Of a DNA stretch of 64,000 nt, positions 13,305-28,286 are shown in pieces. This DNA comes from Octopus vulgaris. Its lineage: Eukaryota. Both the position numbers and the translations under genes were made by a program. The notes beneath the pieces were generated by a model. It was not told where the DNA came from. It saw only the letters and a list, made by a program, of their open reading frames with translations, and searched no databases. Within the stretch, counting starts at the first letter, position 1, and every line of letters starts with the position of its first letter. The stretch spans positions 22,878,001-22,942,000 of the forward strand of contig OX597829.1 of NCBI GenBank assembly GCA_951406725.2, read 5' to 3'.

Positions 13305-14322
13305 ACAAAGCAACTGACAAGCATATGTGCAGTATTGAGCAGAAAATTGGTTGTAGCCCTTGTTTTACACCAAGACAAAATATATATGCGGTCTGATCAA
13401 TAAGTATCCGAACTGTCACCATAGTAATGAAGCTAACGCACACAGAGTGAAGCCGCTTGAAACATATTGACCTTGAACTCTACTGTGCATACTCACTAAG
13501 TTTTAACGCTCTAACTTACTTCCGCTGTTTACAGCAGCGCTTGGAAGGAAGGTATGTAGCGCGTGATCGTCGCATTGCCCATGAGAAAGTTGAGCAGAGA
13601 ATCCACATCAAATTTTGCCAGAAGTTTGGCAATACCTGCTCAGAGGCCCATGCAAAGTCTTCAAAATGCTTTCATCATTCTCGACACAATCAAAGAGATT
13701 TTGTGCCACTGAAACCCGAGTGTCCTTTTGGTCAGCTGAAAGCAGTTTTGGCACAAACTTGGCAGACATGCGTCTCATACTCAAATATTTAGTGATAAAG
13801 GACTGAATTGAACTATAACTAATCTGCACATCCCCTAATAACTCATGGATGGGGATTCGACGATTTCCCCTCAAAGCTGCATGCACGTCTGTGATGTTTT
13901 TCTCAGTTCTGCTGGTTGCAGGTCTCCCAGAACGTTTTTCGGCCACCCTGGAAACATCTGAACCACTTGTACACTTGTGTGCGGCTTATACACACCTCTC
14001 CATACACTTTCTGCAACTTTGTGAAGGCCTCTGAGCAGGTGTCGTCATCACAACTTTCTCTGTCATGGCCAATGCGACGATCACACACTACACACCTTCC
14101 TTCCAAGCACTGCTGTAAATAGCGGAAGTGAGCAAGAACGTTAAAACTTAGTGCGTATGCTCAGCAGAGTTCAAAGTCAATCGATGCTAAGCGGCTTTAC
14201 TTTCCGTGCTTTAGCTCCGTTACTATGGAAACAGTCTGGATACCTATTGATCAGACCTCGTACATAACACTTCCACTCAGTTAATGAGAGCCACTACCTG
14301 GTACTGCATCATGGCATTTATT
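13305..14322 (+). mobile_element. Partial element D, interrupted by a mariner derivative
   Basis: 13305-13386 and 14261-14322 are colinear with ~48825-48980. Confidence 0.75.
13387..14260 (-). mobile_element. Mariner-family fold-back derivative with transposase N-terminal remnant
   Basis: TIR GGTCTGATCAATAAGTATCCG at both ends, TA flanks; remnants VYGEVCISRTQVYKWF, RSGRPATS, SAKFVPKLLS (HTH region and WVP-like motif). Confidence 0.9.
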
Positions 14323-14854
14323 ATTTGCTCGGATTTTGGCAGCTGAGGAAGGATCCGAACAAGGGGGACGTGGTTGAAAACTTGAGGTCCATGACTCTAC
14401 TCAACATTGAGTTAAATATTTTACCTAAGGGGCTCAATAAGAGGCTGGCGTTTATTGTCGTTAGTGTAGTCGGAACGCACAGACCTGTGCAAACCTCAGT
14501 AGATCTATCCACCTTATGCGATACATCTTAAAACGTTCCAGGAATACATCTGGCTTTCGAAGGGCACTAATCAATTTGGACAGTCTTTGACAGAATAGCA
14601 TATTGCTATGTGGTGGCTGTTCTAAAAACTGTCGGTTTCGGTTTCGTTTTCGGAGGCTGGATCAGTACAGTGTATAGTGGCATCTTGTCGGCCGTGAAAT
14701 TAAATGGCCACCTCTCGGGACCTTTAAATATTTAATGCTCGGTTCGCCAAGAATACCTCCTCTCCTCGATTTTTGAGGAAGGTCCAGGATCTGCTGGTCA
14801 GAAAATTCATCTACTATCAACACCCAATCTGTGATGGTCTTGGGATACCATTCT

Positions 14855-15268
14855 TATTTCTTTATTGCTCACAAGGGGCTAAACATAGAGGGGACAAACA
14901 AGGACAGACAAAGGAATTAAGTCGATTACATCGACCCCAGTGTGTAAGTGGTACTTAATTTATCGATCCTGAAAGGATGAAAGGCAAAGGTGGCCTCGGC
15001 GGAATTTGAACTCAGAACGTAAAGACAGACGAAATACCTATTTCTTTATTACCCACAAGGGGCTAAACATAGAAGGGACAAACAAGGACATACATAGGTA
15101 TTAAGTCGATTACATCGACCCCAGTGCGTAACTGGTACTTAATTTATCGACCCCGAAAGGATGAAAGGTAAAGTCGATCTCGGCGGAATTTGAACTCACA
15201 ACGTAACGGCAGACGAAATACCGCTAAGCATTTCGCCCGGTGTGCTTACGTTTCTGCCAGCTCGCAGC
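14855..15268 (-). mobile_element. SINE family B, one full and one partial copy in tandem
   Basis: Two tandem tails and central domains. Confidence 0.85.
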
Positions 15269-15457
15269 CTTTGTTGGTTACCATTCTTGATGATGCATTG
15301 CACGTGTTGATGCTGAAGCACCTGCAGAAATATCAAAATCAATGCGATGGTGTGATCGACGGCGACCAAAACAAGGTTGAAATGGCATGAACGTCCTTCG
15401 CACGTCACGTCTTTCCACCTCACGTTTCATTGACAGAGCTGCAGTCATGGGTCAATT

Positions 15458-15670
15458 GGAGGTGCATGGCTTAGTGTTCAGGGTGTTGAACTCAGGATCG
15501 TAAGACTGTGGTTTCGATTCGTGGACCGGGCAACGCATTGTGTTCTTGAGTAGTCCACTCACCTGGCAAAAATGTGTGAATCTGCTACCCGTGGAGGTAG
15601 AGAATATATGCACCGTGAAACCGGCCCTTATGAATCGGTTTGACTCGACAAAGTAACTTTACTTTCACTT
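15458..15670 (+). mobile_element. Diverged tRNA-derived SINE (head related to family C)
   Basis: GGAGGTGCATGGCTTAGTG...GGTTTCGATTC...TGTGTTCTTGAG. Confidence 0.6.
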
Positions 15671-16594
15671 TAGCTATGAATCAAAAGCAGACCAAAATTG
15701 AGTGTTTGGCATCTGGAATGTTGCCAGGTGCTCATTGAATTGTACCGGCTGGACAAAACCGTTAGCGAGAAAACAATTCAAGGTTTTTAAAAGGGCTAGT
15801 TGGGGGTATGAGCGACGATGGCGTAGGATTGACCCTGGGCATCGACGAGAACAATCTGAGTGGTCTCTACCGGAAGACTTTTGGGTTGAAGATCATGGAC
15901 AATTTCCAAAAGTTTTTCGCATGGCTGTCCTACAGGGGTGTATTATCTGTTTGAGACAAACTCTTCAGGCAAACTTACCCGAGATGCGTGCAGAGAGACG
16001 AAATCTTCCTGTATGCAATCGTTCATTATCTGTCCATTAGAGACTTGTGGACTAGGGTTGAGCAGCTGCTGTTTTGTGTAAGACGAATCCGGCTGTCTGC
16101 CTAATATTTGCTTAGGTTCGATCCACCACTAACGGAGAAGGCAGGCAGAACTATATCTGCTGAGTAGCTGCGGAAAAAGAGGCTGTGTGGTGGATACGTC
16201 TGAAAGGTTTGAAGATAGCCAATTTCCTATCTGGTCAAGCCCTCATCAGTTTCTTCAGATATCCTTTGAAGAGAAAGTTGAGGGTAGAGAGGGAGGTGTT
16301 GGCTACTAGTGTGTTTATCAAGAGGCGGACGAGGGTGGTGAGATTGATAAACCGAGTGGTTTTAAACTGAGTATGCTTTTCTATGTACGAGGAAAGAAAC
16401 TGTAAGATGGCACATCCCATGCCTTGGGAATGACAGAATAATCTGGGACTTTTACGTGGGGTTTACCCCGTATTAAGTGGACTGCTCCACTCTTGGGGAT
16501 TCTATTTATTCATCTATTATTTATTTCTCTAATTTCTATTTATATGTCCTTTGTTATATCCTTTAATTTTGTAGCGTCTCCCTTTAATCTATTC

Positions 16595-16820
16595 TTTTTC
16601 TTATTACCCACAAGGGTAATAGAGGGGACAAACAAAGACAGACAAACGAATTAAGTCGATTACAACGACCCCAGTGTGTAACTGGTACTTAATTTATCGA
16701 CCCCGAAAGGATGAAAGGCAAAGTCGACCTCGGCGGAATTTGAACTCAGAACGCAGCGGCGGACGAAATACCGCAAATCATTTCGCCCGGCGTGCAAACG
16801 ATTCTGCCAGCTCATTGCCT
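16595..16820 (-). mobile_element. SINE family B
   Basis: Reverse-complement copy. Confidence 0.85.
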
Positions 16821-17391
16821 TTAATCTATGTAACCTCCCACTCATTGTGTTTGCTGTATCTCATCCGTTGATACTGCTTTCCCTGTCTTGGGGGCCCTTG
16901 TGGCCAATAAAAGAAATCATTATCATTATTGTCACGATTATTATTATTATTTTTATTATTGTTGTTGTTGTTGTTGTTGTCGTTTTACTTCTCAGAGTGC
17001 TCGATCTTGTTTGCTTTGGTTGATTCTTTGAGAGAGAGGACTGCAACCTGTTGTCAGAGGCCTCACACAGTCTCTTTCTACAAACTATAAGCTTTGATAA
17101 TTGGATGTTGATTATCGTGGAAGACATTCAACACCCTAGCACCAAACTCAAAACTCTAGCTGTCCCCAACAGAGCGTTTTTTGGGGGTGCGGTGGGGGTA
17201 GGAGCCTGCACTGCTCTCATGTCAAATCCGATTTCTCTGATTATTATTTTTTTTTTCTTCTTCTTTCAAATTTGCTTCCATTTCTTGCCGAGTGTCTTCC
17301 CGACTCCTAGGGCAAAGAAACTCATAGTATACATTGGTAGGCCATTAAACCAAACTCAGTAGTTCGTTCATTTTTTTTTGTATTATCATCA

Positions 17392-17469
<78 letters not shown>

Positions 17470-17484
17470 TATTATTATTATTAT

Positions 17485-17612
17485 TTGTAAGCCTTGTGCT
17501 TATTCTATCGAACTCTTTTGCCGAACCGCTAGGTTACAGGGACGGAAACACACCCGCATCGGTTGTCAAGTGATGGTGGGGGGAGACAAACATACACACA
17601 CACATACATACA

Positions 17613-17650
<38 letters not shown>

Positions 17651-17812
17651 ACGGGTTTCTTTCAGTTTCCGTCCATCAAATCCACTTACAAGGCTTTGGT
17701 CGGAGGCTAAAGTACAAGGCATTTGCCCAAGGTGCCACGCAATGGGACTGAACCTGTAACCATATGGCACCTTGAGCAAATGCCTTCTACTTACCACACA
17801 GCCACTCCTGCA
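17485..17812 (-). mobile_element. SINE family A, 3'-truncated
   Basis: Head and internal match. Confidence 0.75.
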
Positions 17813-17841
17813 CCTATATATGTATGTATATATATATATAT

Positions 17842-18072
17842 GGCGGCGAGCTGGCAGACACGTTAGCACACCGGGCGAAATGCTCAGCAGTATTTCGTCT
17901 GTCGTTACGTTCTGGGTTCAAACACCGCCGAGGTCGACTTTGCCTTTCATCCTTTCGGGGTCGATAAATAAAGTACCAGTTGCGCACTGGGGGCGATGTA
18001 GTTGACTTAATCCCTTTGTCTGTCTTTGTTTGTCCCCTCTATGTTTAGCCCCTTGTGGGCAATAAAGAAATA
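17842..18072 (+). mobile_element. SINE family B
   Basis: Full-length copy. Confidence 0.85.
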
Positions 18073-18082
18073 TATATATATA

Positions 18083-18200
18083 TTTCTTTACTACCCACAA
18101 GGGGCTAAACACAGAGGGGACAAACAAGGACAGACAAAGGGATTAAGTCGACTACATCGACCCCAGTGTGCAACTGGTACTTAATTTATCGACCCCGAAA
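18083..18200 (-). mobile_element. SINE family B 3' half
   Basis: Inverted partial copy abutting the previous one. Confidence 0.85.
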
Positions 18201-18934
18201 GAAATATATATATGTGTGTGTGTGTGTGTGTGTATGTGTGTGTGTGTTTGTATGACTATACAATCCATTCTCTCTATTTCCTATCCTTTCTTAAAGGAGC
18301 AAAGTGTGACTTAAAAATGATCTGACAGCTATTTCTAGGAAATGGAGCCACCTCATAGAGACCACCCATCTTGTTTGTCTCGTTACCGATCGTTTTTTGA
18401 AATCTCTTATGTATCACCTAAGATGGTTTTCGAAGACTGGAAACAGTTCCTAAACTACACCTACTTAAGAAACTATTCCGGTGGCTAAACTCAAAGTTAA
18501 TACAGTCTAATGAGAATTCAAGTTAACGCCAAGAATATGATGGAATCTACTGGCACTTTGGCTCCTTGGCGTTGTTAGTTTCAGAGGTGTTGAAAAATTC
18601 TACTACCAGAGACAGAGAGAAAGAAGGAGAGGGAAAAAGTGTGTGAGAGAGAGAGAGAGAAACAGAGAGAGACAGAGATGGTGGGCGGTGGGGGTGAGCG
18701 AACTGTTATTGAGGCACAAGGAATATCTTACACATATGTTAATGCTGTACTCGGAGAAGAAGCAAATGTATAAAAGACCAAACACACCTCAAAAGTACAC
18801 AAAGGCTGGTGTTTTTTGTTGTTTTTTTTGTCGTGTGTATTTTTGTTTTTTTCTGGGAGTATATGTACTGAACATTATCTTAGAGAAGCGATCCGTCTTT
18901 CCAACCTTGTTTTCTGTCCTCATTTTTTTATCTC

Positions 18935-19310
<376 letters not shown>

Positions 19311-19527
19311 CTGGATAGCTAACTAGTTATCTAGTTATCCCTTTGTCTCTATCCTCTTTCCTTTTCTTTCGATAGCATCTTCCACAAAGTATAGACATAT
19401 TAAAAGATCACTTAACCTAGCACAAAAAAATAAATAAATAAATAAAAGAAGTCTGCGAGTCATCCGACTGTTTCTCTATCTCTCCTGTAACCTCCACATA
19501 TTACACCGTCTAAAGAGACTAATTCTT

Positions 19528-19620
<93 letters not shown>

Positions 19621-19765
19621 AATATATATATACATATATATTGTCTCCGAAGTAAAAAGAAACGGAAAGAATAAAAGAAAAACAAGGAGAGAAAAGAAAG
19701 GAATAAAGAAAAAGGAAAGGAATACAAAAGCAAACCAGTCCAAGTAATTGCTTTCCCGGGACTCG

Positions 19766-19817
<52 letters not shown>

Positions 19818-19970
19818 CTCACACACACATACGCATACTTTTACATACATACATCACATACATACATACATACATCACATACATACATACATACATTACA
19901 TAAATACATTACATACATGCATACACAAATATATGTATATATATATATATTCACATAGACATGCATTCAT

Positions 19971-20015
<45 letters not shown>

Positions 20016-20250
20016 AGCCCGCTGTGTCGGATTTAAAAGAAGGTGAAAAAATAAAAAAGTAACAGAAACAAAGTAAGCCGAACATGATAGAATTATAAGT
20101 CTGTGATCCGATTGGTGTTTAACACACAAAACTCAGCGTATAATGGATGATCTTGATGCCATTAATATATACAGGAACCACACTTACTTTATTTGCCATC
20201 TTTCTCTTTCCCTCAACCCCGTCTCTCTCTCCCCCTCACCCCCTCTCTAC

Positions 20251-20289
<39 letters not shown>

Positions 20290-20973
20290 TTTTTTATTGT
20301 CTGCCAACCACCCCACATTATTCGTTTTCCACCACCATTTTTATTTTTACGCATTTCTGTATCCTTTCTTTATCATCTTCACTTCTCCATTGTAATCGTG
20401 TCCCCCACCGTCACAGCAAACTGTCACTGCGCCGACTGTGCCGCCGTTACAGACACAACCACCACCGCCATCTTTCACTTCAGCATCGACATTGACATCG
20501 GCACCGCCTGTAGCTCAAACAACGAAGGAAACTCTACGTTGTAGTGGTTCGACCTGCTAAAAATAATAGTTGAACCTTCCTCAAATCTCACACATAATGT
20601 CTTCAATAAAGAAAGAAGGCGTGAGAAAGAGTTATTCCAAGATATATTTCAGCAACAAAAAAAAAGAAGTTGATTACAATTGCATACCTTTGGTTACGAG
20701 TTTCCTTGACTCGGGGTTAAACAACAATAGCAACAGTAGGTAACAATCAGGGCACCCCGGGCAAAATTCTTGGCAGCATTTCGTCCGCCTCAACGCTCTA
20801 ACTTCAAATTCCACCGAAGTCGACTTTGCCTTTCATCTTTTCGGCGGTGGGGGTCGACTGAACACTGGTGTCGATATAATCGACTTATCCACTTACCATG
20901 GTGCCCTTGGGGAGCAGGGTAACTCGGGATCGGTTGGGTCTCTTAGTCTTCATTGGCTTCCTACTGTTGGTGT

Positions 20974-21367
20974 ACTCTTTACTCTTTACTCTTTTACTTG
21001 TTTCAGTCATTTGACTGCGGCCATGCTGGAGCATCGCCTTTAGTCGAGCAAGTCGACCACAGGTCTTATTCTTTGGAAGCTTAGTACTTATTCTATCGGT
21101 CTCTTTTCCCGAACCGCTAAGTTACGGGAACGTAAACACACCACCATCGGTTCTCAAATGATGTTGGGGGAGGGGGGAAAAACACAGACACACAAACATA
21201 TACACACGCATGCATACATATACACGTATATACGACGGGCTTCTTTCAGTTTCTGTCTACCAAATCCACTCACAAGGGTTTGGTCGGCCCAAGGTGCCAC
21301 GCAGTGGGACTGGACCTGGAACCACGTGGTTGGTAAACAAGCTACTTACCACACAGCCACTCCTGCC
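20974..21367 (-). mobile_element. SINE family A
   Basis: Reverse-complement copy with small internal deletion. Confidence 0.85.
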
Positions 21368-21479
21368 TCTAAATTTATAATTTTATAATTTTATTGTTTG
21401 TTGTTACTGTTTCATTGTTTACACGTGTTTTATGTAAACCTTCACTGTCCCTTGCTTTCTATCGCCCTTGTGTCTTGCG

Positions 21480-22477
<998 letters not shown>

Positions 22478-22641
22478 TTTCAATTTTGTTTCCATTTCGT
22501 GCCGACTGTCTTCCCGACACATAGAGCAAAGAAACTCACTGCATGCATTAGTAGGCTATTTAAATAAACACTCCAGATTGTTCATTTACAAAGCCATGCG
22601 ATAGAAAAAAAAAGCAATAAATGAATAAATCGATAAAAGAA

Positions 22642-22727
<86 letters not shown>

Positions 22728-22831
22728 AGAAGGAAAGAAAAAAGAAAAAGGAAACAAGAAAAATTTTTAAATGCGAGAAAATGAAAAAAGAATGAAATCA
22801 AAGAAAATAAAGGGGGAAAATGAAAGAAAAA

Positions 22832-23840
22832 TCACAGTGACAATGTACGTCTCAGTACGGGTGGTATACCAGTTAAAACAATCTTTTGCACTTCCTGCAT
22901 GGATGGTAAGCTAAGGATCATTCTCAAAAATAATTTCCAATTCTTTTCTTGATAATTCCAAGTAATCCTGTAACCACTGGTATTGTAACCGTCTTGAGAT
23001 GTCACATTTTTACGATTCAATCAATGAATCTTTATATTTTCTGAGGTTATCAAATTCTTTTGCCGAGATATTATGATCACAAGATATGCTCATATCAATC
23101 AATAAATAGATCTTATTGCTTTGGTCTTTCACAACAATATCTGGTTTATTGGCTTTGATGGTTTGGTCTGTATGTACTGGAAAGTCTTGAAGAATCGTTA
23201 CATTTTCTCCCTCAACGTCAGCTGTTTTGATTTTATAATATCGACATATTAACCAGTGTAGATATTGGCCAACTCTGTCATGTCTAGATTTATACTCTGT
23301 TGGTGCTAAAACCTTACACCCAGAGATTAGGTGGTCCACTGTTTCAATCTTATCGTTGCAGTATCGGCACTTTGGGTCTACTCCATTTTTCATCACGTTG
23401 GTTTGGTAGTTACTGGTCAATAAGCTTGAGCAGCTAAGATAAAGCCTTCGTTCTCTGCCTTTAGCCTTGGCCTCCGTAGCCACTGATGGTGTGCTTTTGG
23501 TCTACATCAACTTGTTTACTATGGGCTACATATTTGCCACACAGAGGGGTTTTTTTCCCCCACGTATCAGCCATTTGTTCAAATGCTTTTTTGCTTTGCC
23601 ATTGATTTCACCTCCTTTGCAACAATAATTGCCGCACTTCCATCATGCTGTTCAATCTAAATATTATGCATGAACTCACTAGTTCGATGAGTTTTAGCAT
23701 CCAGTCATTAGATGTTTCAAGATATTTGGCCAGTCCAAGTGTGGTGGTTTTGTTAGAAATCTCAAATTGGATCAAGCTTTGACCTCCTTGAGCTCCAGGA
23801 AGTAAAAGACGATTTGCGTCTGCCTTTGGGTGATGCATCT
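22832..23840 (-). mobile_element. Decayed RLE-type LINE (R4/Dong-like), copy 1
   Basis: CRYC...ETVDHLISGC zinc knuckle, RHD, KPDIVV endonuclease motif; frameshifts. Confidence 0.85.
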
Positions 23841-23875
23841 TACTGCAAGTCAGCAGCTAACGGATTTTCCTGTCT

Positions 23876-23897
23876 ATCATCATCATCATCATCGTCG

Positions 23898-23932
<35 letters not shown>

Positions 23933-23959
23933 GGCGTCGTCGTCGTCGTCGTCGTCATC

Positions 23960-24052
<93 letters not shown>

Positions 24053-24071
24053 GTTATTGTTATTATTATTA

Positions 24072-24152
<81 letters not shown>
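23876..24152. repeat. (CAT/CGT)n then (TTA)n microsatellite
   Basis: Seen directly; abuts the LINE 3' end. Confidence 0.95.
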
Positions 24153-24154
<2 letters not shown>

Positions 24155-25790
24155 TTATGTTTGACTTTTGTTTTATGTCTGTACAAGTTGGCTCCAAGTC
24201 TCACCCAGAGACATCAAAAGACAACAAGTTAGAAGTTCATGTTGGTGTTATGCCTCGGAGTTTATATATTTGGTTTTGTATAGTGTTGTTCTAGAGAATG
24301 TTTAAGAAACCATAAGAAAATTATGTTTGTTTTAAAATTTGAGATTACATAGACAGTATTTTACGTAGGATATGGATAGTTCCCGTGAGCACTAGCTTTG
24401 GAATTTCTGCCATTTGGCGTTTCCTGGTATCTGAGCTAGGTAGCAATCAAACCCTTTTGCTATCATTCCTAGGGTACCTATGACAACAGGTATTGTTTTA
24501 GTCTTCAGGTTCCACATATTGCTAATTTCTATTTCAAGATCTTTATACTTGTTCATTTTTAGGTAAGTCTTGATAAATATGTTTATATCGATTGGGACAA
24601 TCATATCAATGAGGAGGCATGATTTTTGTCTGAAGTCTTTTAATATGATGTCTGGCTTATTTGCATCTAGCTTTCTGTCAATTTGAATGATGAAGTTCCA
24701 GAGGAGTGAGATGTGACCATTTTCAAGCACTAAGGATGGCTTGTGTCCCCACCAGTTTTTATCATGGGGCAAGTCCAGGCTTTTGCAAATTACCCAGTGA
24801 ATATATTTTGTAGCTTTATCATGCCTGTTGAGATACTCTGTAGGCGCAAGAAGGCTGCACTTGGAGACAACATGATCAATGGTCTCATTTTGTTGTTGAC
24901 ATACACGACATATTGGGGAGCTGCCGTTCTTTAATATGTTGGCCTGGTAGTTCCTTGTAGGTAGGCATTGATCTTGGGCTGCTATGATAAACCCTTCTGT
25001 TTCTGATTTTAAGCCAGAAGCCAATAGCCATTGATGGGTAAGGGCTTTGTCAACATCGGCATTATTCACTCTCTTTGGGTATTTGCCATTGAGAGGTTTT
25101 TCTTGCAAATTTATCATTCAGAATATCTAAGGCAGCAGTTTTAGCACTGGTTTTCATGCGCTTAGCTTTTTCTGCGCTTGTTTCTAGTACGTCTAATTCA
25201 GAATTCACTTAGTTATTCCCTTGCCTGTTTTGTTACTGAGTATGATGTTTCTTGTTTTCATGTTTGGAGGCAAGTTTTAACATCCAGTCCTCAGAGTTTT
25301 TCAGATAGGTGTCTAGGCCAATTGTGGCAATCTTCATTATTAATACCAGTTGTAAAAGTCCACGGCCTTCCTCTTTTCTTGGCAGATAAAGTCGTTCTAT
25401 ATCTACCTTAGGGTGGTGCAGTCTATACATTGTCAACAGTTTTCGTATTTTTCTGTCAAGATTACATTTTTCAGTAATTGACCAGTTAATGATATTGAAA
25501 CTGCGAGTTACGACTGGTATGGCTAAAGCATTGATTGCTTCGATCCTGTTTCTTGGCTTCATCTGTCTTGAGTATTGCTCTCACCCTGCGATAACATTCT
25601 CTTCTGATCCTTTCCCTCATCACTGCATGTTTGATTCCCTCCCCTTCAATTACTCCTAAGTATTTGTAGCTCTCCGCTGGTTCTAACTTTTTTACGACAT
25701 TCTGCTGGTCAAAGTTAATGTTAGATGTTTCTGTCAATTTTCCTTTGATAAAGGTAGCTTTTGCACATTTATCGAGGCCAAATTGCATCC
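24153..25790 (-). mobile_element. 5'-truncated RLE-type LINE (R4/Dong-like), copy 2
   Basis: MQFGLDKCA, YKYLG, RLYLPRKEEGRGL, ETEGFIIAAQDQ, CRVC...ETIDHVVSKC, RHD, KPDIIL; 3' UTR runs into (TAA)n; frameshifted. Confidence 0.92.
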
Positions 25791-26590
25791 CTCGAAAAAA
25801 GAGCTTTCTTTACCAAACTAAGCAAAAGACACGGCATTAAAAGCTGTTTATGAAATTGGAAAGGAGTATTTTCATCAGTGTAATGAACCATCATTCTAGT
25901 AGATTAATGCCTGTCTATATACCGTTTACTGCAAAATAGTGCATGTATGACACTCAAAAAGTAATCAAAACCGAAACAAGAAAGGAAGTAGCATCATGAG
26001 TTTTTAAGACAGAGAGAAAGATAACTGATTTATGGAAGACCATCAGCCATGTGACGATGCTTATTGCTTGCAAACAGGCAAATCACTTTACGTCTCACCA
26101 ACAAAAAGTGAAGAAAGAGATAGAAGTGATGTTTGGAGATCGCAAAAGGAATCTACTCACTTGTAAACTGATCACCTTCAAGCAGGAGGTAAAAGCTGTC
26201 AGTGTGAAACCCTGGCATCAGAAAAGGATAACCGAGAGAAAGACAATAAACAAAATATTTAATCGGAACCGGGCAGCAGTGTACAGAAACATGAGAGGAG
26301 AAGCAATAAACATCATAGAAGCTCTTTCACGAGAAGACAGACTTTTTCTGGAGGAAAATATGGAGAGAAGAGATGGAGTTTAACCAAGATGCTCTGTGGC
26401 TGAAAGACATACGAAGGAGTTATTGTCCCTACATTACACCCAAGACGTACAGCATTGATGGTGATACCCTTATAACTGTGAGCTAGAAACTCCAGGTTGG
26501 AAAAGTACCTGGAAGACACTTGTTTGTTGAATACTGGTACCAGAAGCTAACCTTCTACCGAACATATCTTATCAACCTGTAACAGCAATC
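25791..26590 (+). mobile_element. Decayed pre-RT region of an RLE-type LINE in opposite orientation
   Basis: INKIFNRNRAAVYRNM and KLQVGKVPGRHLFVEYWYQKL resemble the KAPGPD/YWYK region upstream of RT. Confidence 0.55.
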
Positions 26591-27043
26591 TCTCAGTAGG
26601 AACAGTAGCATACCACATTAGTTAGCTCTGACCGAGACAGAACTGATCCCCAAATGCAGAACCATCCACATAACAAAAAATCCCTGATCAATTGCGTGTC
26701 AGAGTTTAATATATAGAATATATACAACATATTTAAACCTTTTCCTCCAAGACCATTATTAACAAAGCAACAAGACTTTTGACTTAAGAGAGTTCCCGGT
26801 GTTTGTGAATATGTGGTTGAGGTTGTATGTTGGTTGAACTGTCCATGAACACATCCAAGTGTGTGCATCTATTCACCTTAAGAATCGCAGGTGGAGAATC
26901 TTTGAAATGTCCTACAAATCTTCACTGTACTGCTACTAGATTGACTTTGAGGAATCCATGGTAGTGTCTTTTGTTTCTTCTTCGAAAAACTTAGTGTTCT
27001 TCAAACATTGCTCATTGTTCATCAATCATTCTTCAAACATTGT

Positions 27044-27272
27044 TTAATCCTTTAGCGCTTAAATCCAACCATATCTAGCCGAAATATTTTACCTGTTTCA
27101 TGTTCAAACCAATCAGATCCAGTTTCTCACACCTCTGCTACAATATCATTGTAGGAATAAACAATCATATCATTAAAACCTCAAAGTTTTAAGATAATGC
27201 ATGATTAATTCAAAATAACGTGTATAAATAAGCGTTACATTAGACAGAGTAATCCGAATGCGAAAGGGTTGA
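27044..27272. mobile_element. piggyBac-like MITE
   Basis: TTAA-TCCTTTAGC ... GCGAAAGGG-TTGA imperfect termini. Confidence 0.5.
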
Positions 27273-27938
27273 TCAAATTCATTTAAACATTTTTCGAACA
27301 TTGCTCACAAATTTGCTTTCCAAATTAATTTTAAAATCACCAACCAAGAGATTGGTATTTCAATCTACTAAAAATATCAACCAAATTTTACTCGAATCGT
27401 GTTTGAAGAAGGAAGAAAAAAAGTAAACTATTATTAATGGGAAGTTGTTGATCATAGGCTTGTTGAATCAAGCTAATCGAGGGCTAAACACCGCCACCAA
27501 CAACAACACCATCAACAACGATGAAGGCTGTGCAAGTTTCATCAACTTGTTAGTCATAAGAGATAATTATCCCCTCAAATTATGCCATATCGTTTTGCAA
27601 AAACGGATAGACACAATGGAAAATGAATTTCTTTATATTAAAACATTGGATGGTCATAGCTGAGACACTCTGAAATGAATTTGATCGGGGTTGACTTGTT
27701 GATTAACAAGGACTGAATATTCTAAACCTCAGGAAATTTGCTTCAAATTGTCGAACTTCTTTCCCCCCGCCCTCTCTTTAGTAAATATCTACTTATTTGC
27801 AACAGTTCTGACAAACAAGATGGAAAACATATGGAAGAAGCATGCAGAATCTCCGATTCCTTTTGATATATTTTTGCGTTTCTGTATTGCAAGCAGGTAC
27901 TGTTTATCTAAAGAGCACGTACCTGTCTGTCTGTCTGC

Positions 27939-28135
<197 letters not shown>

Positions 28136-28213
28136 TGCGTATTTATGATGTATGTGTGTGTGTTTGCGCGCGCACTTATGTTTGTGTACATACATATATA
28201 CATACATATATAT

Positions 28214-28284
<71 letters not shown>

Positions 28285-28286
<2 letters not shown>

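Larger units (their letters stand above)
14325..16918 (+). mobile_element. Decayed Tx1/L1-clade LINE fragments interrupted by SINEs
   Basis: RT-like ENLRSMTLLNIELNILPK at 14325-14790; C-terminal WWIRLKGLK...LKRKLRVERE at 16185-16370, homologous to 21923-22144; 3' end CCCTTGTGGCCAATAAAAGAAAT. Confidence 0.7.
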
